DNA from: Elusimicrobiota bacterium
Lineage (GTDB): Bacteria > Elusimicrobiota > Endomicrobiia > Endomicrobiales > JBDRNC01
Assembly (NCBI GenBank): GCA_043811535.1
Contig: JBDRNC010000003.1
Coordinates: forward strand, 1-64,000
Length of the DNA: 64,000 nucleotides
Direction: 5' to 3'
A program made the translations under genes and the position numbers. Of the stretch, positions 26,869-36,689 are shown piece after piece (the first letter of the stretch is position 1; every line of letters begins with the position of its first letter). The notes beneath the pieces were generated by a model. That model searched no databases and was not told the DNA's origin. It saw nothing but the letters and a program-made list of their open reading frames with translations.

Positions 26869-28344
26869 ATGAAAAGACTGTCGCAAATCATCTCCATTCT
26901 CTTTCTGACGGCAAAACTAATCGCCTCGGATATTTCCACCGCGACCGTGACAATCACAGCTGTCGGCGATGTCCTGCTCGGATACACGTCAATGGACGCC
27001 AAGATAAAAGAACACGGCGTCAACTACGCTTTTGAAAAGATAGCGGATGAACTGCGGAAGGCCGACATAAGCATCTGCAATTATGAATCTTGCATATCTA
27101 CGGCCGGCTCGCCCATTAAAAGGAAGCAATTCACTTTCAGGTGCAGCCCGAAAACCATCGGCGCGCTGAAGTTCGCGGGCCTAGATGTCATAAACATAGC
27201 GAACAACCACGCGGGCGACTACGGCAAGGACGCGCTTCGCGATACCTTGAAATACCTTGAGACGGAGAAGATGCCTTATGTGGGCGCGGTAAAAAGATCG
27301 CCGGGCCGCGACAAGGGGGTAGTGCTTGAGCGCAACGGTATCAAAGTCGGTTTCCTGGGTTTTTCGGCGGTTTATCCCAGAAAATTCTGGTTTGGCAAGG
27401 GCACCCCTGCCCTGGTGCCCTCCTGGCCCGAAGAAGAGATGGCCGAAAGGATAAAAGATATCAAGAAAAGGGCGGATATCGTTGTTATCAGTTTCCACTG
27501 GGGCGATGAGAACGAGTTTTATCCCAGGACCTCGCAGATATACCTCGCGCGTCTGGCGGTGGACAGCGGGGCTGATGTGGTGCTCGGCCACCACCCGCAC
27601 GTGATGCAGGGCGCCGAGATATACAAAGGCAAAGTGATTATCTACAGTTTGGGAAATTTCGTGTTTTTCCCGCCGAAAGAGATAGGCAAGGAAACGATTC
27701 TTGCCGGAGTAATCCTGAACGGGGCCGGGAATGTAGAGCAAGTCAGGATTGAGCCCGTATATATTAACGACGGACAGCCCGGTATTGCAACTGGGGACAA
27801 AGGCAGGGAACTGCTTGAAAAATACTACCTGCTTTGCAGGAGCATCGGGACGGATGCCGAAGTAAACGAAAAAGAGAACACGCTTACCGTAAAAATCTCA
27901 ACATCGGCCGCACAGGTGGTAAAATACAAGCTTGACATAGACAATGATAAACTGAAAGTGATGGACGGCGAGAGGGTTGAAAGAAGTTTCAAGGTTTATC
28001 CCGGAAAAGATTATCCCAAAAAGGGGAAATATAACGTTTTGTTTTTCCAGGGCGAGTGGGACAGGGGATACAGGTTCAAAAGGGATGCCGTGGAGCCCGT
28101 GGACAAGGAATTTTCCCCGTGGTTCATAAGGTTTTCAACGGATATGCCCGCGGTTGGCATAAACGGCCTGCCGAATGAAGTGATTGTCAGCACCTCGACG
28201 GCCCGCCACGGCTCGATAGGAATGTCGCAAAGCGACATAAACGAGCTTAGACAGTACGTAGATATAGGAATGGCAGTCAAAGTGGAGAGAGGGAAGACGG
28301 AAGAGGGAAGACGGAAGCAGACAATAAAAAGCGGGAGCAAATAA
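26869..28344 (+). CDS. CapA (PGA_cap) metallophosphoesterase fused to a degenerate YkuD-like domain
   Basis: AVGD, N.E, ANNH.GDYG, HWG.E, GHHPHV and YSLGNF motifs; C-terminal RHGSIGM...VDIGMAV. Confidence 0.85.
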   Translation: MKRLSQIISILFLTAKLIASDISTATVTITAVGDVLLGYTSMDAKIKEHGVNYAFEKIADELRKADISICNYESCISTAGSPIKRKQFTFRCSPKTIGALKFAGLDVINIANNHAGDYGKDALRDTLKYLETEKMPYVGAVKRSPGRDKGVVLERNGIKVGFLGFSAVYPRKFWFGKGTPALVPSWPEEEMAERIKDIKKRADIVVISFHWGDENEFYPRTSQIYLARLAVDSGADVVLGHHPHVMQGAEIYKGKVIIYSLGNFVFFPPKEIGKETILAGVILNGAGNVEQVRIEPVYINDGQPGIATGDKGRELLEKYYLLCRSIGTDAEVNEKENTLTVKISTSAAQVVKYKLDIDNDKLKVMDGERVERSFKVYPGKDYPKKGKYNVLFFQGEWDRGYRFKRDAVEPVDKEFSPWFIRFSTDMPAVGINGLPNEVIVSTSTARHGSIGMSQSDINELRQYVDIGMAVKVERGKTEEGRRKQTIKSGSK

Positions 28345-28871
28345 TGTTTCCATTTCCCAGAATAATTATTATTATTGTGGTTGCTATAGTCATCGCGTCA
28401 ATTATTGTTCAACATAATAAAACGAAAAAGATAAAAGAGAACATACGAAATATCCTGCATTACATAAACGGAACCTTCAAAGAAAAAAGTGATTTTGAAA
28501 TATTCAACGCTGATAAAGTATGGGCCATGGGAACATTCAATGGGAAAGAAGTCAAAGTAGGCATGCACAATTCCAGGAACGATCACAGATGTTATGCGGC
28601 CATGAAGCTTAAGCACGGCATAAATCCCTGGAAATTCCTCTTGTCGGAAGTGAAACCTACGGAAAATACCGCAATCAGCGGCGACTGGGTGTACTATTAT
28701 GAATCCGGCGGAGCCAGCACTATTTTTCAGGAAGAGGTTTTCCCTGCAATTCTTGAAGAACTGTTTCAGGCCGCGCAGCTGGCCGAATCTGACCCCGCCA
28801 AATACTGCCTGAAGGTGCCCAAATCCGATAACCCCCAGGACGATATAATGAATACTATCATCAAAGGCTAA
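28344..28871 (+). CDS. Hypothetical protein with N-terminal TM anchor
   Basis: 175-aa ORF coupled to the capA-like gene via TAATG; AT-richer than neighbours. Confidence 0.6.
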   Translation: MFPFPRIIIIIVVAIVIASIIVQHNKTKKIKENIRNILHYINGTFKEKSDFEIFNADKVWAMGTFNGKEVKVGMHNSRNDHRCYAAMKLKHGINPWKFLLSEVKPTENTAISGDWVYYYESGGASTIFQEEVFPAILEELFQAAQLAESDPAKYCLKVPKSDNPQDDIMNTIIKG

Positions 28872-28932
28872 TAAGATAGGATCTAATAACTGCGTTTGGA
28901 CTTCGTTGGCAAACCTCATGGCAAAAAACCAC

Positions 28933-28961
28933 TTGACATCTTTTAATTGATTGATTATAAT
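28933..28961 (+). promoter_or_regulatory. Consensus sigma70 promoter
   Basis: TTGACA-N17-TATAAT. Confidence 0.9.
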
Positions 28962-28962
28962 A

Positions 28963-28984
28963 TTCATGCACACGTGTGCATGAA
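28963..28984. promoter_or_regulatory. LacI-type operator
   Basis: Perfect 22-bp palindrome TTCATGCACAC|GTGTGCATGAA with central CG, covering the predicted +1. Confidence 0.8.
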
Positions 28985-29067
28985 AGCTTTGTCGCGTTCA
29001 AGGGGTGTTTGAATGAGATGCTCACGGTCCGCCGTGGCGGACGCAAGTGTATAAAACAGGAGGAGCT

Positions 29068-31881
29068 ATGGTGGTTTTGAAAAACGTATTGAAAATGGCG
29101 GTTGTTTTTGCGCTTGCACAGGGTTGTATAGCAGGCGCGGAAGAACCGGGGAGAAAAGCAATGAAGATCGGCAGAGAAGGAACTGTTTTGGACTCATTCA
29201 ACCCTATTGAAAAATGGCAGACGATAGTCGCTCCACAGGCGACATTGACTATTGACGGAACTGAGGGGTTCAAGGGGGAAAGTGTCTGTCTCAATTACGG
29301 TTTCGCGGAGACGAACGGTTACGTGCTGATATCGAAGGATTTCCAGATTGACCTTCCGCCGAATTTTGAGTTTTCCTTTTACATTAAGCGTAGCATGCCG
29401 GAGAACAATTTTGAGTTTAAACTCATAGACGACAAGGGCAACACATTCTGGAAGAAGTTTTACGTTTTCGCGCAGGTCAATAAATGGAAAAAACATACTA
29501 TCAGAAAGGATGAGTTTACTTTCGCGTGGGGGCCTAATCCTGACGGCAAGCTTGAGAAGGTCGCCAAGATTGAGTTCGTCGTATCAGGCATAAAGACCAA
29601 GGGGCGTGTTGCGATGGACGAATTGACGCTCGCGGAACTTCCGGTTTCAGCAGCGTCCGCGGCCGCGCCAGCTAAAGCGGAAAATGACTTTTACCCGAGA
29701 TGGATAGCGAACGAGCAGGCCTTCTGGACTATGACTGGCTCGCCCGATGACGATAACGAGATACTTGTCTGCGAGGACGGCACGCTGGAACCCCACAAAA
29801 GGGGCTTTACTTTGGCGCCGGCGCTGTTTGTGGACAAGAAACTCATAACAAGGAATACCGCGAAGGTCACGCAGTCGCTGGAGAAGAGTTACTTGCCCAT
29901 CCCGGCGGTCAAATGGAATTACAAAGACATTGAATTGGATATGAAGACGTTTGCCGCGGGGATCGCGGGTAAATCCGCGGGATACGCCCGCTATGCCGTG
30001 AAGAACAACGGGAAAAAGAAAGTGTCAGGCAAGTTCTTCCTGGCCATAAATCCCTATCAGGTTTTTCCGCCGTGGCAGGGCGGAGGAGGGATATCGCTGA
30101 TAAAGAAAATAGATTATGCGGGCGGGTTTATAGACATAGACGGGAAATATAGAGTATATCCCCTGACAAAACCCGATAAGTTCAGCGCGCAGGCGGAAAA
30201 AGACAGTTCGCCCGAAGGCAATGCCATTGACGGAATAATAAAAGGAAAAATAACGGAAAGGAAATCCGCATCGGACGAGAGCGGGTTTGCGTCAGCCGCG
30301 CTGGAATATGATTTTAGCCTCAAGCCAGGCGAATCAAGGGAAATTTATATCTATTTGCCGCTTTACTATAAACAATCAGATTTCAAAGAAGGATTGAGCG
30401 ATACGGATATCAAAAAGCTTTACGATGACAAGCTGAAAGAAACTGTCGATTACTGGGAAAGTAAAGTGAACAACGTTGAGATAAATATTCCGGACAAGGA
30501 GCTTGTTGACAGCTTCAAGGCGAATATCGCTTATAACCTGATAACAAAGGACGGTCCGGGGCTGCAGCCGGGCTGCAGGAGCTATGACAAGTCCTGGATG
30601 AGGGACGGAGGTATAGCGGCCATAGCGATTCTGGAAGCGGGGCTGACGAAAGAAGCGAAGGAATTCATTGAGTGGTTTGCAACCTTCCAGCAGGAGTCGG
30701 GCGAGATCCCTCCTATTATAGACACGAAAGCCGAGGACCCGCTATGGGAGGAAAAGCAGAATAACCTGATAGAATACGACAGTCAAGGCGAGTATATTTG
30801 GGCAGTGATGCAGTATTACCTGTTCACCAAGGACAGGGCATTCCTGGAAAAGATGTTCCCGAGCGTGGAGAAAGCCGTTAAATTCCTTATTGAGCTTAGA
30901 AGCAGGCGGTTGACCGATGAATACAAGAACGGCCCGGACGAAAAAAGGATATTCTACGGGATATTGCCTGAATCCACGAGTCATGAAGGATATTACCTCA
31001 AACACTCGTACTGGGACGACCTCTGGGCTATCAGGGGCTGGCAAGACGCGAAAATGATGGCAGAGATACTCGGGAAAAATGACACGGCGGCCTGGATAGA
31101 CAAGGAGTACGCGGATTTCAGAAAGTGCCTTTACGATTCAATGAATCTCGTCATAAAACTCAACAAATTGGAATATATACCCGGCTGCGCTGAACTGGCC
31201 GACTTTGACCCGACGTCAGCAGCGGCGTGGGTCACATACGCCGGAGAGATGAATAACGTGCCGCAGGCACAGCTGAAAAGCGGTTTTGACAGGTATTACG
31301 CGGAATTGCAGACCCGATTTGGCGGCAAGAAGGATTACAGGTTCACGCCGTACGAGTTCAGGTCGGTTCCCGCGCTCCTTTTCATGGGACAAAAAGACAG
31401 GATGTGGGACCTGATTAACTTCATGATGAAATGCCGCAGACCTCTCGGATGGAACCACTGGGCGGAAGTAGTGAATAGCAAGTACCGCTATCCTGATTAT
31501 TTCGGCGACATGCCTCACACCTGGGTCGGCGCGGAATTCATCCACGCCGTAAGGTGCATGTTCGTTTATGAATCGGACGGCAGTCTTGTGCTGGGCGCGG
31601 GAATTGACGGGAAATGGCTCGCGGGCGCGGACGGAATTTCGGTGAAGAACATGCCCACACATTACGGTGCGATAGGTTACAGCGCGAAGAAAGACGGCGA
31701 TACAGTAACTATAAAGGTTGCGGGCGCAGGCGCGGAAATACCCCCGGCAGGATATGTATTCAAACTGCCTGACATCGGGGAAATAAAATCAGTCAGCGTG
31801 AACGGTGTTGCCTCGCCCGCCGGCAACAATGTGGTATTCAAATCGCTCCCCGCTGAAATAGTTGTGACTCTGGAAAAATGA
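29068..31881 (+). CDS. Secreted six-hairpin glycosidase-like protein with N-terminal CBM-like domain
   Basis: AGGAGG SD and signal peptide; SYDKSWMRDG, EYDSQGE, SHEGY, HSYWDDLW and GDMPHTWV motifs. Confidence 0.7.
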   Translation: MVVLKNVLKMAVVFALAQGCIAGAEEPGRKAMKIGREGTVLDSFNPIEKWQTIVAPQATLTIDGTEGFKGESVCLNYGFAETNGYVLISKDFQIDLPPNFEFSFYIKRSMPENNFEFKLIDDKGNTFWKKFYVFAQVNKWKKHTIRKDEFTFAWGPNPDGKLEKVAKIEFVVSGIKTKGRVAMDELTLAELPVSAASAAAPAKAENDFYPRWIANEQAFWTMTGSPDDDNEILVCEDGTLEPHKRGFTLAPALFVDKKLITRNTAKVTQSLEKSYLPIPAVKWNYKDIELDMKTFAAGIAGKSAGYARYAVKNNGKKKVSGKFFLAINPYQVFPPWQGGGGISLIKKIDYAGGFIDIDGKYRVYPLTKPDKFSAQAEKDSSPEGNAIDGIIKGKITERKSASDESGFASAALEYDFSLKPGESREIYIYLPLYYKQSDFKEGLSDTDIKKLYDDKLKETVDYWESKVNNVEINIPDKELVDSFKANIAYNLITKDGPGLQPGCRSYDKSWMRDGGIAAIAILEAGLTKEAKEFIEWFATFQQESGEIPPIIDTKAEDPLWEEKQNNLIEYDSQGEYIWAVMQYYLFTKDRAFLEKMFPSVEKAVKFLIELRSRRLTDEYKNGPDEKRIFYGILPESTSHEGYYLKHSYWDDLWAIRGWQDAKMMAEILGKNDTAAWIDKEYADFRKCLYDSMNLVIKLNKLEYIPGCAELADFDPTSAAAWVTYAGEMNNVPQAQLKSGFDRYYAELQTRFGGKKDYRFTPYEFRSVPALLFMGQKDRMWDLINFMMKCRRPLGWNHWAEVVNSKYRYPDYFGDMPHTWVGAEFIHAVRCMFVYESDGSLVLGAGIDGKWLAGADGISVKNMPTHYGAIGYSAKKDGDTVTIKVAGAGAEIPPAGYVFKLPDIGEIKSVSVNGVASPAGNNVVFKSLPAEIVVTLEK

Positions 31882-31904
31882 TATAAGTTTTTGTTATTAA
31901 GAAG

Positions 31905-31973
31905 TTAATCTGGAATTTGTAATTGCTGCAAACACACCCCCCACCTCGGTCCTCCCCCGCAAGGGAGGGAGGA
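31905..31973. repeat. TGWAAT heptamer arm plus half C/G-rich element (copy 4)
   Basis: ttaatctg gaatttg taatt; ccccccacctcggtcctcccccgcaagggagggagga. Confidence 0.75.
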
Positions 31974-31990
31974 TGATGGTGAAAGTCAAT

Positions 31991-32995
31991 ATGAAAAAAC
32001 ATCCGACAATTAAAGACATAGCGAAAATGGCGGGCACGACGCACTCCACGGTTTCCCGCGTTATCACCGGCAACGCTACCATCAGCGAAAAAATGAAGAC
32101 GAAGGTCCTGCGGCTGATGAAGAAACTGCACTACCACCCCAACCTGATAGCGCGCGGCCTGGTCAGGAAGAAGACCCGCGCTTTCGCCATGATAGTTCCT
32201 GATTTGAACCCCCATGTCCTTCCGATAGTGCGCGGCGCGGCCGAGACCTGTCGGATACACAACTACGGGTTGATGCTTTTTTCCACGGATTACTGGATGG
32301 ACGAGAACAAGTATTTCGTGGAAGTCGTTAAAAACTGGCAAGTGGACGGCGTGCTGATATATAACGTTGTTTACCGCAAAGACGTTTCCGCGACGATTAA
32401 AAAAATGAAGAAGGAGAAAATGCCGTTCGTTTTCATCAACAAGTATTTGGGAGCGAAAAAGGTGAATACGGTAAGTGTTGACAATAAAGACGCCGTTTTC
32501 CAGGCGGTGAGCCGGCTTGCCGGCCAAGGGCGCTCAAGGATAGGGATGATGAACGGAGGATTGATATCGGTTGACGGGGTGGAAAGATTTGAGGGATATA
32601 AGGCCGCGCTTGAGAAACTTGGGATTAAATTTGACGGGAATATCGTAGGGAACGCCAATTTCAGCGGAGACGAGGCGTACGCGGAGATGAAAAGGATACT
32701 TGAGACAGCGGAAAGGCCCGACGCGGTATTCTGCGCCAACGATGAAATGGCGACCGGGGTCATACGCGCGTTACGGGAAAGGAATCTCAGCGTGCCTGGC
32801 GATGTTTCAGTGATCGGCTATGACGACTGGGAAGGCGCGCGCTTTTTCAAGCCGGCTTTAACAACACTTAGGCCGCCTCTCAAGGAAATAGGACCTCTCG
32901 CTATAGACCTCCTCATGAAGGTCATAAAGGACCCGAAAAGACGCATAGAAGAGATAGGTTTAAAAGCTGAATTAATAACCAGAGACAGCGCCTAG
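31991..32995 (+). CDS. LacI-family transcriptional regulator
   Basis: PTIKDIAKMAG..STVSRV, Y.PN..AR.L, FCANDEMA and SVIGYDD motifs. Confidence 0.96.
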   Translation: MKKHPTIKDIAKMAGTTHSTVSRVITGNATISEKMKTKVLRLMKKLHYHPNLIARGLVRKKTRAFAMIVPDLNPHVLPIVRGAAETCRIHNYGLMLFSTDYWMDENKYFVEVVKNWQVDGVLIYNVVYRKDVSATIKKMKKEKMPFVFINKYLGAKKVNTVSVDNKDAVFQAVSRLAGQGRSRIGMMNGGLISVDGVERFEGYKAALEKLGIKFDGNIVGNANFSGDEAYAEMKRILETAERPDAVFCANDEMATGVIRALRERNLSVPGDVSVIGYDDWEGARFFKPALTTLRPPLKEIGPLAIDLLMKVIKDPKRRIEEIGLKAELITRDSA

Positions 32996-33057
32996 TGGCC
33001 AGTGACTGGTGAGCGGGAAAGACAAACACCTCTTTTGGTTGTTTTTTAGCACACTTA

Positions 33058-33170
33058 GCGAGGTATAAAATCTGAAGAAGCCTTTTGGCGACGACTTGTG
33101 CTTTTGGGAGGAAGCCAAACGGAGCGAGCCTGCGATGGCGAGCGTCTTCTGAAGGTTTTGTGCCGAGCGT
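33058..33170. repeat. Imperfect palindromic intergenic element
   Basis: gcgaggtataaaatctgaagaag ... cttctgaaggttttgtgccgagcg arms with internal hairpins; preceded by a GTGRCY heptamer arm at 32993-33014. Confidence 0.55.
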
Positions 33171-33173
33171 CCC

Positions 33174-33202
33174 TTGACTTTTGATAAGAAATATAATACA
33201 AT
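33174..33202 (+). promoter_or_regulatory. sigma70 promoter of rplM-rpsI
   Basis: TTGACT-N17-TACAAT. Confidence 0.7.
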
Positions 33203-33289
33203 CCTATATCCTCAGACCAAGTTCACCTAAGTCCTGTTTACCTATGGTGTTCCACGGCTGAAGTAAAAACAACTCAGAGGTATATATTC

Positions 33290-33751
33290 ATGACAACATT
33301 GACTAGAACTTATTTACCCAAAAAAGACGGAATAGTGAGGAAATGGCACCTTCTTGACGGGCAAGACTTCGTGCTCGGACGCCTTGCCACGAAAGCCGCG
33401 GGCATACTTTGCGGAAAGATCAAACCCATTTATACGCCCCATCTTGACACCGGCGACTTCGCGGTAGTCGTAAATGCCGAAAAGGTCAGGCTCACCGGCA
33501 ACAAGCTTCAGCAGAAGATAGATTTCCGCCATTCGGGATATCCCGGAGGCGACAAATACATGCTCTATGACGAACTAATGAAGAAAAACCCGGAAAAAGC
33601 GGTTCGCCTTGCGGTAAAAGGTATGCTTCCCAAGAACAGATTGGGCGCCAAGATGATAAAACGCCTAAACATATACAAGGGCCCGACACACCCGCACGCC
33701 GCGCAGTTCAACGCCGGAATGGGAAAGAAAACGGAAAAGACAGAAAAATAA
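33290..33751 (+). CDS. rplM: 50S ribosomal protein L13
   Basis: W.LLDG...[21 protein letters not shown] and GMLPKN motifs. Confidence 0.98.
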   Translation: MTTLTRTYLPKKDGIVRKWHLLDGQDFVLGRLATKAAGILCGKIKPIYTPHLDTGDFAVVVNAEKVRLTGNKLQQKIDFRHSGYPGGDKYMLYDELMKKNPEKAVRLAVKGMLPKNRLGAKMIKRLNIYKGPTHPHAAQFNAGMGKKTEKTEK

Positions 33752-33754
33752 GGC

Positions 33755-33826
33755 ATTTCAAATTTCAGATTTCAGATTTCAAATTTACTACGAACTACGA
33801 ACTACGAACAACGAACTACGAACTGC
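33755..33826. repeat. Hybrid heptamer array (ATTTCAR x4 + ACTACGA x5)
   Basis: atttcaa atttcag atttcag atttcaa attt actacga actacga actacga acaacga actacga actgc. Confidence 0.9.
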
Positions 33827-33837
33827 GGAGGTTTTAA

Positions 33838-34239
33838 ATGAGTGAAGCAACCAATCCAATATTCGCGACAGGGCGCAGGAAAAACGCTGCGGCGCGGGTG
33901 AAGGTTCTTTCCGGCAGCGGAAAAATCCTAGTTAACGGGAAAACGATCGACGAATTTTTCGGAGGGCTTGACAGGCAGAAAAAGCACGCTGTTGAGCCGC
34001 TTACCAAGTACCAGTTGGCGAACAGCTACGATTATCTGATAGACACGATGGGCGGCGGAGTTACCGGACAGTCAGGCGCCATCCGCATGGGGCTTGCAAG
34101 GGCTATAATTACCATCGACCCTAACATGAGACCCGCTTTGAAGAAAGAAGGATTCCTCACGCGCGATTCCAGAATGGTTGAACGTAAAAAACCGGGCATG
34201 CCGAAAGCGCGCAAGAGATTCCAATTCTCCAAACGTTAA
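33838..34239 (+). CDS. rpsI: 30S ribosomal protein S9
   Basis: TGRRK, GGG.TGQ, LTRDSRMVERKK and QFSKR motifs. Confidence 0.98.
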   Translation: MSEATNPIFATGRRKNAAARVKVLSGSGKILVNGKTIDEFFGGLDRQKKHAVEPLTKYQLANSYDYLIDTMGGGVTGQSGAIRMGLARAIITIDPNMRPALKKEGFLTRDSRMVERKKPGMPKARKRFQFSKR

Positions 34240-34355
34240 ATTGAATCAATTGTACTCGGGCGCAGCCCGCGGTACAGTTCAGCAAGAGATAAAGCTAATT
34301 TCATATTTCAGATTTCAGATTGACAACGTACAACTGGCTACAGGCGACCGGCTAC

Positions 34356-34384
34356 TTGTTTTTGGAAGACAATTCTGCTATAAT
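34356..34384 (+). promoter_or_regulatory. sigma70 promoter of glnA
   Basis: TTGTTT-N17-TATAAT with extended TGn. Confidence 0.7.
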
Positions 34385-34435
34385 ATAGGCGCAACATCTT
34401 AATAGCCCAATTCGCCATGAATGGCGGATTAAATC

Positions 34436-34494
34436 GGACAAAGACGTCCTTGTAATTAGCACAGGTGAAGTGCGCAAGGGCGTTTTTTATTTTT
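34436..34494 (+). promoter_or_regulatory. Leader terminator overlapped by an ANTAR-like hexaloop hairpin
   Basis: GGAC-AAAGAC-GTCC overlaps the stem gacgtccttgt/gcaagggcgtt, followed by a U tract. Confidence 0.65.
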
Positions 34495-34566
34495 CCCTAA
34501 TAATAATGTATAATAATTAAGGCATAATTGCAGAAACGCCTAAATTAAGCCAAAAGGAAACTCAAA

Positions 34567-36660
34567 ATGAAAAAGAAAAATGAAGCGATTTCTAGTATTG
34601 AAAGCATGTTTGGAGAGAACGTATTCGGCATCAAGAACATGCGGAGATATCTTTCCGCCAAAACTTACGCTTCGCTTGTAAAGACCATATGCGAAGGCCA
34701 ATCTCTTGACTCCAGGATAGCCGACGAAGTGGCAAAAGCCATGAAAGCATGGTCGCTGTCAAAAGGCGCGACTCACTTTACTCACTGGTTTCAACCCTTG
34801 ACCGGCGGAACGGCCGAAAAGCACGATTCATTCATAGACCCGGACGGCGAGGGCGGAATAATAATGAAGTTTTCGGGTACGGAGCTGGTTAAGGGCGAGC
34901 CGGACGCCTCCAGTTTCCCTTCAGGCGGATTGCGCGCCACGTTTGAAGCGCGCGGATACACTGCATGGGACCCTACAAGCCCGGCCTTCATAAAAAAGAG
35001 CGACGAGGGGGCCGTTCTCTGCATACCGACGGCTTTCTACTCGTACCACGGCGAGGCGCTTGACAAAAAGACGCCTCTCCTGCGCTCAATAGACGCGCTT
35101 GCCGTGCAAGTCAGGCGGCTTGCGAAACTGTTCGGCGTGAAAGGGAGCATCCGCCCTTATGCCACGCTCGGAGCGGAACAAGAATACTTCCTCATAGACA
35201 AGGATTACTATATCCAAAGGCTGGACCTCCTGCAAACCGGAAGGACGCTTTTCGGCAGGAGGCCTTCAAAGCATCAACAGCTGGAGGACCACTATTTCGG
35301 CGCGATTAAGCCGCGCGTGCTGGCTTTCATGGAAGACCTTGACCGCGAGTTGTGGAAACTCGGCATACCGTCAAAAACGCGGCACAACGAAGTATGCCCG
35401 GCCCAATTTGAGATGGCGCCGGTCTATGAAGAGCTTAACCTTGCGGTTGACCACAACATGATGGCGATGGAAGTGCTCAGGCAAATAGCCGACAAGCACG
35501 GTTTTGTCTGCCTGCTTCACGAAAAACCGTTCGCCGGGGTTAACGGCTCGGGCAAGCACAATAACTGGGCGCTCAGCGGGCCCGACGGCAAGAACTGGCT
35601 CACTCCCGGGGAAAACCCGCACGAGAACGCCAAGTTCCTGACAGTCATCTGCGCGCTCATGAAAGCGATAGACATGTACGCCGGGGTTTTAAGGGCATCG
35701 GTCGCCACGGCCGGAAATGACCACAGGCTCGGCGCGAACGAAGCGCCGCCCGCGATACTTTCCATATTCCTCGGCGAGCAATTGACCGATATAATAGAGC
35801 AAATAGAGAAAGGCGGGGCGAAGAGTTCCAAGGAAGGCGGGGTGATGGAAGTGGGCGTGACGTCGCTTCCGAAACTCGCGCGCGACGTGACCGACAGGAA
35901 CAGGACATCGCCTTTCGCGTTCACGGGGAACAAGTTCGAGTTCCGCGCTGTGGGCTCAAATCAAAACTGCGCCGGCCCGAACGTTGTTCTCAATACCATC
36001 ATCGCCGAGGCGCTTGACGAGATCTGCACCGAGCTTGAAAACGCCGTCAAGGCAAAGAAGGATTTCAACGAGACGCTGCAATCCATTCTCCAAAAGATAG
36101 TCAGGAAGCATAAAAGGATAGTATTCAACGGCGACAACTACACGGATGAATGGCACAGGGAGGCGGAACGGCGCGGCCTGCCGAACCTGAAAAACACTCC
36201 CGAGGCGCTTGAGGAACTAGTTAAAGATCCGGTTATCAGGATATTTGAGAAACACAAGGTCCTTTCAAAGACCGAGATGACGTCGCGCTACGATATTTAC
36301 AAAGAGCAATACGAAAAGACGATAAAGATAGAGGCTGGCGTCGCGCTTGAGATGGCAAGGACGCTCATCATTCCCGCGGCGGTGAAATACCAAGGCCAGC
36401 TCGCGGAGACGGTCAGCAGCGTCAGAGCGGCTGTCAGAGACATAAAGAACGTAGAAGAACTGCTCAGGAAGGTCTGCGACTTGAACGAAAACGCGCTTTC
36501 AGCCGTCAAGAAACTTGAGGCGGTGGCCGGAGGACACGACCTGGCGAAGATGCTAGAATACATGAAAGAACTCCGCGTTTCGGTTGACGCGCTTGAAGAG
36601 GTTCTTCCGAGCGAGCTCTGGCCTTTGCCGACGTACACCGAGATGATGTTTATAATGTAG
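34567..36660 (+). CDS. glnA: Glutamine synthetase type III
   Basis: THFTHWFQPLTG.TAEKHD, GEPDASSFP, HRLGANEAPP and DRNRTSPFAFTGNKFEFR motifs. Confidence 0.97.
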   Translation: MKKKNEAISSIESMFGENVFGIKNMRRYLSAKTYASLVKTICEGQSLDSRIADEVAKAMKAWSLSKGATHFTHWFQPLTGGTAEKHDSFIDPDGEGGIIMKFSGTELVKGEPDASSFPSGGLRATFEARGYTAWDPTSPAFIKKSDEGAVLCIPTAFYSYHGEALDKKTPLLRSIDALAVQVRRLAKLFGVKGSIRPYATLGAEQEYFLIDKDYYIQRLDLLQTGRTLFGRRPSKHQQLEDHYFGAIKPRVLAFMEDLDRELWKLGIPSKTRHNEVCPAQFEMAPVYEELNLAVDHNMMAMEVLRQIADKHGFVCLLHEKPFAGVNGSGKHNNWALSGPDGKNWLTPGENPHENAKFLTVICALMKAIDMYAGVLRASVATAGNDHRLGANEAPPAILSIFLGEQLTDIIEQIEKGGAKSSKEGGVMEVGVTSLPKLARDVTDRNRTSPFAFTGNKFEFRAVGSNQNCAGPNVVLNTIIAEALDEICTELENAVKAKKDFNETLQSILQKIVRKHKRIVFNGDNYTDEWHREAERRGLPNLKNTPEALEELVKDPVIRIFEKHKVLSKTEMTSRYDIYKEQYEKTIKIEAGVALEMARTLIIPAAVKYQGQLAETVSSVRAAVRDIKNVEELLRKVCDLNENALSAVKKLEAVAGGHDLAKMLEYMKELRVSVDALEEVLPSELWPLPTYTEMMFIM

Positions 36661-36689
36661 TTACCAATTGCTAATTGCTGTTTTTATAA

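Noticed and set aside
34385..34566. glnA glutamine riboswitch
   Set aside because: I could not find its conserved core; the hexaloop/terminator model fits better.
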